In this document: positions 32,600-36,273 of the stretch, piece after piece
How the letters are laid out: each line of letters starts with the position of its first letter
Position numbering within the stretch: the first letter of the stretch is position 1
Virus record (IMG/VR): IMGVR_UViG_3300031912_000001
DNA: 36,273 bases
Origin: an uncultured virus (IMG/VR IMGVR_UViG_3300031912_000001)
Lineage: Duplodnaviria > Heunggongvirae > Uroviricota > Caudoviricetes
Strand: one strand, 5' to 3'
Translations under genes and position numbers: made by a program
Notes under the pieces: model-generated
Seen by the model: the letters and a program-made list of their open reading frames with translations, nothing else
Database searches by the model: none
Told to the model about the DNA's origin: nothing

Positions 32600-33524
32600 G
32601 ACTGGAGTGATCGCGGACGTGCTGAATCCCCAACGCCACGTACGTCATCCCGGGCAGCGCCTCACGGATGTGGTATTCGATGTGCGGCGCGGTGGGGGGC
32701 TGCCAGCAGATGAACTGGATACCCAGGACAGCGGCCTGGATCGCCGCGGCGATGCCCTTCACCGACAGCTTGTCACCCAGCGGCATGATCAGCTTCTCCA
32801 TCGGGAAGATGGTGGCCTGGCTCAGGTCGATGTTGTGGCGCTCCACCCCGCGCAGCATGTCGTCGTAGGCGTCCCCGTCGAGGTTCTGGATCACCTCCAG
32901 GCAATTGCCGGCCAGATCGATCGCGAACTGCCCGAAGTCGTGCAGCTGCAGCTCGGTGCAGCACGTATACACATCCCGCATGATCTCGCCGGTCAAAGTG
33001 GGCGGGACGCCGCCGTACATGTCATAGGTGTCGACCAGCTCGCACCACTCGAAGCCCATCTGCGGCAGCCGGAACTGGGCGATGCCCTCCCCGTCGGTCA
33101 GTGGCCCCAGGTAGAACGTGTGCTCGAGATGGCGGCTGGGGTTGCCGAAACAGATGCCGCCCAGGAACTTCGAACGCAGCTGCGTCAACCGGCCGCCTTC
33201 GAACTCCATCCGGTAGCGTGACGCGGCCTCCCCACCCTGGCTGTAACCGCCGGTGATGATCCGCCGATCAGGATTGGCCAGCGTCCAGTCCACAGCCCAG
33301 TCCACGGCCATGTGGACTGATTCCTGGTAGGAGGGCGCCGTGATCTGGCCCGGGGGGATAGGGCCGAACGACCACGGCGCCTGCACGGGGATCTCCTCGA
33401 CCACGTCTGCGCAGCCGTGCGCCACATCGGAGGGGTAGCCGGTGCCCGGCGCGGCCCAGGTGCCGGCGAACGTCAGGTAGGCGGGCGGCTCTTCACCACC
33501 GCCGCCGTCAGGCGGGATAAAGGG
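32580..33524 (-). CDS. lysB: Lysin B (mycolylarabinogalactan esterase, cutinase-like); frame lacks a start codon upstream of the conserved first strand
   Basis: GYSQG nucleophile, FGNP motif, D(MY) and PHIEY; upstream in-frame LTFAGTWAAPGTGYPSDVA; frame is open from 33527. Confidence 0.88.
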   Translation of the reverse strand, partial: PFIPPDGGGGEEPPAYLTFAGTWAAPGTGYPSDVAHGCADVVEEIPVQAPWSFGPIPPGQITAPSYQESVHMAVDWAVDWTLANPDRRIITGGYSQGGEAASRYRMEFEGGRLTQLRSKFLGGICFGNPSRHLEHTFYLGPLTDGEGIAQFRLPQMGFEWCELVDTYDMYGGVPPTLTGEIMRDVYTCCTELQLHDFGQFAIDLAGNCLEVIQNLDGDAYDDMLRGVERHNIDLSQATIFPMEKLIMPLGDKLSVKGIAAAIQAAVLGIQFICWQPPTAPHIEYHIREALPGMTYVALGIQHVRDHSSHGVPAG

Positions 33525-34888
33525 GGCTCACCACCCTCCAGGGTCGCCTTAATGTGCGCGATCGCGTCGGTGAGCGTGCGGTTGCCGAGCTGCGCCCAGC
33601 CGTGCCGGACCCCGTCGGACCCCTTTGGCCCGGCGAGTTGATCCAGGGTCAGGGCGGGGTAGTCCAGCGCCGTCTGCGGCCCGACCGACGGCTGCTCCTC
33701 GATCGCCGGGGCCTCCCGGTTCTCGACCATCGCGAGGATCTTGCCGACGGCGTCCACGACGTAGAGGTACTGGCCGTGCTCGTTGGTGCCCAGCTGCGGC
33801 CATCCGGTGCCATATCCGGTCTCGACGTTGACCGGCCCGCACAGCTGCTCATAGTTCTGCTTGCCGATATCGTCCACAATCTCTGCCTCCTCCGGTGGGG
33901 TGAGCGCGCTGTAGGTGTAGCCCTTCGGCGGGATCAGCGTCGCGACCTGATCGAACGCGCACCAGTACCCATACGGCGAAAACCCGCTATCGGCGATCCA
34001 CACCGCCCGCAATGAGGGGTCGGAGTCGTAACCCATAGCGGCGACATAGTGGTAGACGGTCCCACCGCCGTAGGCCGGTGACGTAGATCCCTTCACGCCG
34101 CGCGGATAGTTCGACGGCGGCGCAACCCAGTTGCAGACCACACCCCAGCCGCAGTCGATGCTGTTGACCAGGTGATCCCACAAATCCTCCTTCTGCTCCG
34201 GTGTCGGCGGATCGATGTGCAGATAAACCTCCGCGAACTGGGCATCGGGCACGTAGCGGTCCAGGGTGTCCTCGATCAGCCCGACATGATCGGTGCCGCC
34301 CTCGTCAGTGCCCATGCTGTTGGCGAGCTCCTGCTCGGACACGATGATCCCGGCGCTGTTGAGCACGATCTGCGTCGACGCCGGGCCGCAGTTGAAATAC
34401 GTTTCCTGGACCACGATGCCACGGTCGTACGGCAGCATTTTCTCCACTGGCGGCTCTCCTGTCGCTTGGCCCTTCAGACGGTGATAGATGTCGCATGCCT
34501 CCGGGTAACGCTCGTCATACCTGTCCGGGTAGGCGCTCTGCTGAACCTGCTGTGCGTACCAGCCAGGGGAGTGAGCATCACTGTTGTAATCCTGCTTTAT
34601 CAGCTCCGCGAAGAACATTTCGGCGGAAGGTTCCACGTGCATCCGGTCGTAACACGTGCCCCACCAGGGGTGACGCTGCTGAAAGACACCGACACTGTTG
34701 GCATCCGATCCGATGGCATCGTGGGGATAGTTAAGACTTTCAGGGTCGGCGTGGTTGGCGTACATGACGAGATTGGTTTCGACAAGCCCGGTTGATATTG
34801 CAATGCAGATCCCTTTCTCGGTGACGCCCCGGCGCTCACCCTCCGCGATGATGCCCAGCGCGATCGAGTCCGGCGTGTAGTGCGGCAC
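33473..34888 (-). CDS. lysA: Lysin A endolysin: lysozyme/transglycosylase-like domain + C39-like Cys peptidase + two GW.QLG cell-wall-binding repeats
   Basis: LVET...SVGVFQQR...WWG...AQQVQQSAYPDRY; QET..NCGPAS...HYVA..GY...IADS; GWPQLG and GWAQLG. Confidence 0.9.
   Translation of the reverse strand: MPHYTPDSIALGIIAEGERRGVTEKGICIAISTGLVETNLVMYANHADPESLNYPHDAIGSDANSVGVFQQRHPWWGTCYDRMHVEPSAEMFFAELIKQDYNSDAHSPGWYAQQVQQSAYPDRYDERYPEACDIYHRLKGQATGEPPVEKMLPYDRGIVVQETYFNCGPASTQIVLNSAGIIVSEQELANSMGTDEGGTDHVGLIEDTLDRYVPDAQFAEVYLHIDPPTPEQKEDLWDHLVNSIDCGWGVVCNWVAPPSNYPRGVKGSTSPAYGGGTVYHYVAAMGYDSDPSLRAVWIADSGFSPYGYWCAFDQVATLIPPKGYTYSALTPPEEAEIVDDIGKQNYEQLCGPVNVETGYGTGWPQLGTNEHGQYLYVVDAVGKILAMVENREAPAIEEQPSVGPQTALDYPALTLDQLAGPKGSDGVRHGWAQLGNRTLTDAIAHIKATLEGGEPPLSRLTAAVVKSRPPT
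33518..33539 (-). promoter_or_regulatory. Candidate programmed -1 frameshift signal (GGAGG-10 nt-C CCT TTA)
   Basis: X XXY YYZ heptamer in the lysA phase; the -1 frame is lysB. Confidence 0.65.
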
Positions 34889-34944
34889 GGCGCAATCGTG
34901 GCATGCGGCGATGAACGCCCGGTGCTCCTAGCCCGGCGTGTCGG

Positions 34945-35169
34945 CTACGGGGGGACCGGCACCTCAGAGCGGATCTGGGTCACCTCCACCACCAGCACAC
35001 TGCCGATCGTGTCCACCCCCTGCAAACCGACCCGGATACCGTGCGCCACATCCTCGGCGATCCCACCCAACCCGAACTGCGTCGGCAACCCCGTCTCCGT
35101 CGTCACATAACTGAACTCGAAGCTGCGCGGCTCCGGCGGATCAGGACCCCCAGGCGGCGTGTCGGTCAC
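34945..35169 (-). CDS. Small hypothetical protein
   Basis: GTGA coupling (MTDTPPGG...). Confidence 0.55.
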   Translation of the reverse strand: MTDTPPGGPDPPEPRSFEFSYVTTETGLPTQFGLGGIAEDVAHGIRVGLQGVDTIGSVLVVEVTQIRSEVPVPP

Positions 35170-35399
35170 TGCTGCCCGCCCATCAACTGGCCCAGGATGG
35201 TCTGCTGCACCTGCGGCTGCGCCATCTGCGCCATGATCGCCGACAACGCCATCGCCATCCGCGCAATCTTCTGGTCCTGCTCGGCGTGCAACCACGCCAG
35301 CGTCGCCACGGCCTGCTGCAGGTTCGCGATTGCCAGCGCCTGCATGTCACCGTTCGTGGTGGTCTCGTGGGTCACCCGCGCGACCGGTTCATCCATCAT
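35166..35399 (-). CDS. Small coiled-coil protein
   Basis: GAGGAG RBS. Confidence 0.7.
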   Translation of the reverse strand: MMDEPVARVTHETTTNGDMQALAIANLQQAVATLAWLHAEQDQKIARMAMALSAIMAQMAQPQVQQTILGQLMGGQQ

Positions 35400-35406
35400 C
35401 TGCTCC

Positions 35407-35622
35407 TCACGCCAAGTCGATCCACGCCGCTACCTCGTCGTAAGCCGCGTAATGCCCACCCCGGTCCACCGTCATAACCCCCCAGTCATGATTGGAATCC
35501 GGGTCGGGAATGTTGGTCCGCACCGCGACCGCCAACGAATCAGGGTCACGCTTCACCGCACCCGTCGCGTACTGCGGCGGTGTCGGCGTCTTGGGCGGCG
35601 GCTGCCAATCCCCAGTCACCAT
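35407..35622 (-). CDS. Small late-region protein
   Basis: AAGGAGG RBS; G.VKRDP....VAVRT motif. Confidence 0.7.
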   Translation of the reverse strand: MVTGDWQPPPKTPTPPQYATGAVKRDPDSLAVAVRTNIPDPDSNHDWGVMTVDRGGHYAAYDEVAAWIDLA

Positions 35623-35634
35623 CGGCTGTCCTCC

Positions 35635-36024
35635 TTAGTCGTGCAGCACCGGATCAGGATTCAACGGCCGCACCTCATCCTCGGTGATCTGCGTCAAATC
35701 GATCGTCCCCGGCTCATCCAGAATCAGCGGATGCGCCAACTTCTGCGCCGTCACAAACCCAGGACGGAACGCATTGTGGCAGTAAATGATCCAGCACCAC
35801 TTCCCCGCCGGGACGGTAATCGTCGCGCGGCCCCGCAACTGACCGTCACCGTTGACCTCCCAAGTGATCTGCCCACGCTGGTAATCCAGCCCGAACATCG
35901 GCTCCTCACCTCTGCGGTTGACCGCCCCCGCGTGGGTCGGCCACACCACGAACGACAGGACACCATCACCGCCGCCGAGACCGGGAGCGGGAGGCATGCT
36001 CGGGACACCGCTGGGCGTTGTCAC
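35635..36024 (-). CDS. Late-region (tail-associated?) protein
   Basis: GTGA coupling; YQRGQITW...ITVPAG beta-rich pattern. Confidence 0.65.
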   Translation of the reverse strand: MTTPSGVPSMPPAPGLGGGDGVLSFVVWPTHAGAVNRRGEEPMFGLDYQRGQITWEVNGDGQLRGRATITVPAGKWCWIIYCHNAFRPGFVTAQKLAHPLILDEPGTIDLTQITEDEVRPLNPDPVLHD

Positions 36025-36273
36025 GTCAGCGTTATACCGTAGGCGGACGATCGAGCAGGACGATCCACGTCCTGCTTCACTCTGTAGACGTCGTCTTCCA
36101 AAAGCATTCCCCCGGCAACGACGGCCTTGGTCTCGTCGGCACCGTTGAGGCAGTCCAGCGCCCTGTTGACGGCCTTCAGGTCGATCTCGGCCCGCTCCAA
36201 CGCCATCTTCAGCTCGGTGCGCCGCATGTCCAGCTCGTTCGCCTCGCTGCGGGCCTTCTCGATGAATCCTGTG
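36021..36273 (-). CDS. Partial coiled-coil hypothetical protein (start probably outside the window)
   Basis: Frame continues toward the window end. Confidence 0.55.
   Translation of the reverse strand, partial: TGFIEKARSEANELDMRRTELKMALERAEIDLKAVNRALDCLNGADETKAVVAGGMLLEDDVYRVKQDVDRPARSSAYGITLT

Larger units (their letters stand above)
1..36273. mobile_element. Actinobacterial (probably mycobacterial) phage/prophage genome segment
   Basis: Dense operons with ATGA/GTGA stop-start overlaps, a lysA-lysB-holin cassette, replication initiator, HNH genes, Ku, Lsr2 and many small ORFans; no housekeeping genes. Confidence 0.93.

Noticed and set aside
33425..33425. ORF-track start of lysB at GTG 33425
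   Set aside because: It would omit the apparent first core strand and loop (LTFAGT...GYPSD) and has no clear RBS

Overview
A GC-rich bacteriophage or prophage segment, probably from a phage of a mycolic-acid-containing actinobacterium: it has a Lysin B, an Lsr2 homologue, a Ku, and AGAAAGG ribosome-binding sites. From 1 to about 31670 it is a tightly packed + strand arm of early, accessory and replication genes. These include a stand-alone voltage-sensor-like membrane domain, Ku, an atypical Lsr2, three HNH-type genes, a PAPS-reductase/PP-loop protein, an intein-split PD-(D/E)XK nuclease, a Gp3/RDF-like protein, a replication initiator with internal iterons, a SAM methyltransferase and dozens of small ORFans, many Cys-rich. 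From about 31666 to the end, a convergent - strand late arm carries tail-associated small genes, lysA, lysB and a holin. No integrase, terminase, tRNA or CRISPR array was seen. The most striking observations are these. (1) The lysB frame has no start codon for its conserved N-terminus. It opens exactly at an in-phase C_CCT_TTA slippery heptamer in the last codons of lysA, with an SD-like GGAGG 10 nt upstream and hairpins downstream, so it is a candidate programmed -1 frameshift making a LysA-LysB fusion. (2) There is a genome-wide regulatory grammar: about 12 copies of a start-associated CCCACGAGAA(AGG) motif and about 7 copies of a CAGC-N3-GCTG dyad, most sitting just upstream of a -10 box. 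(3) A duplicated ~80-bp divergent expression cassette occurs twice, and one copy is bracketed by inverted repeats. (4) A Gly-initiated class 3 intein sits in the nuclease active site. All family assignments come from motif recognition by eye, not database searches.
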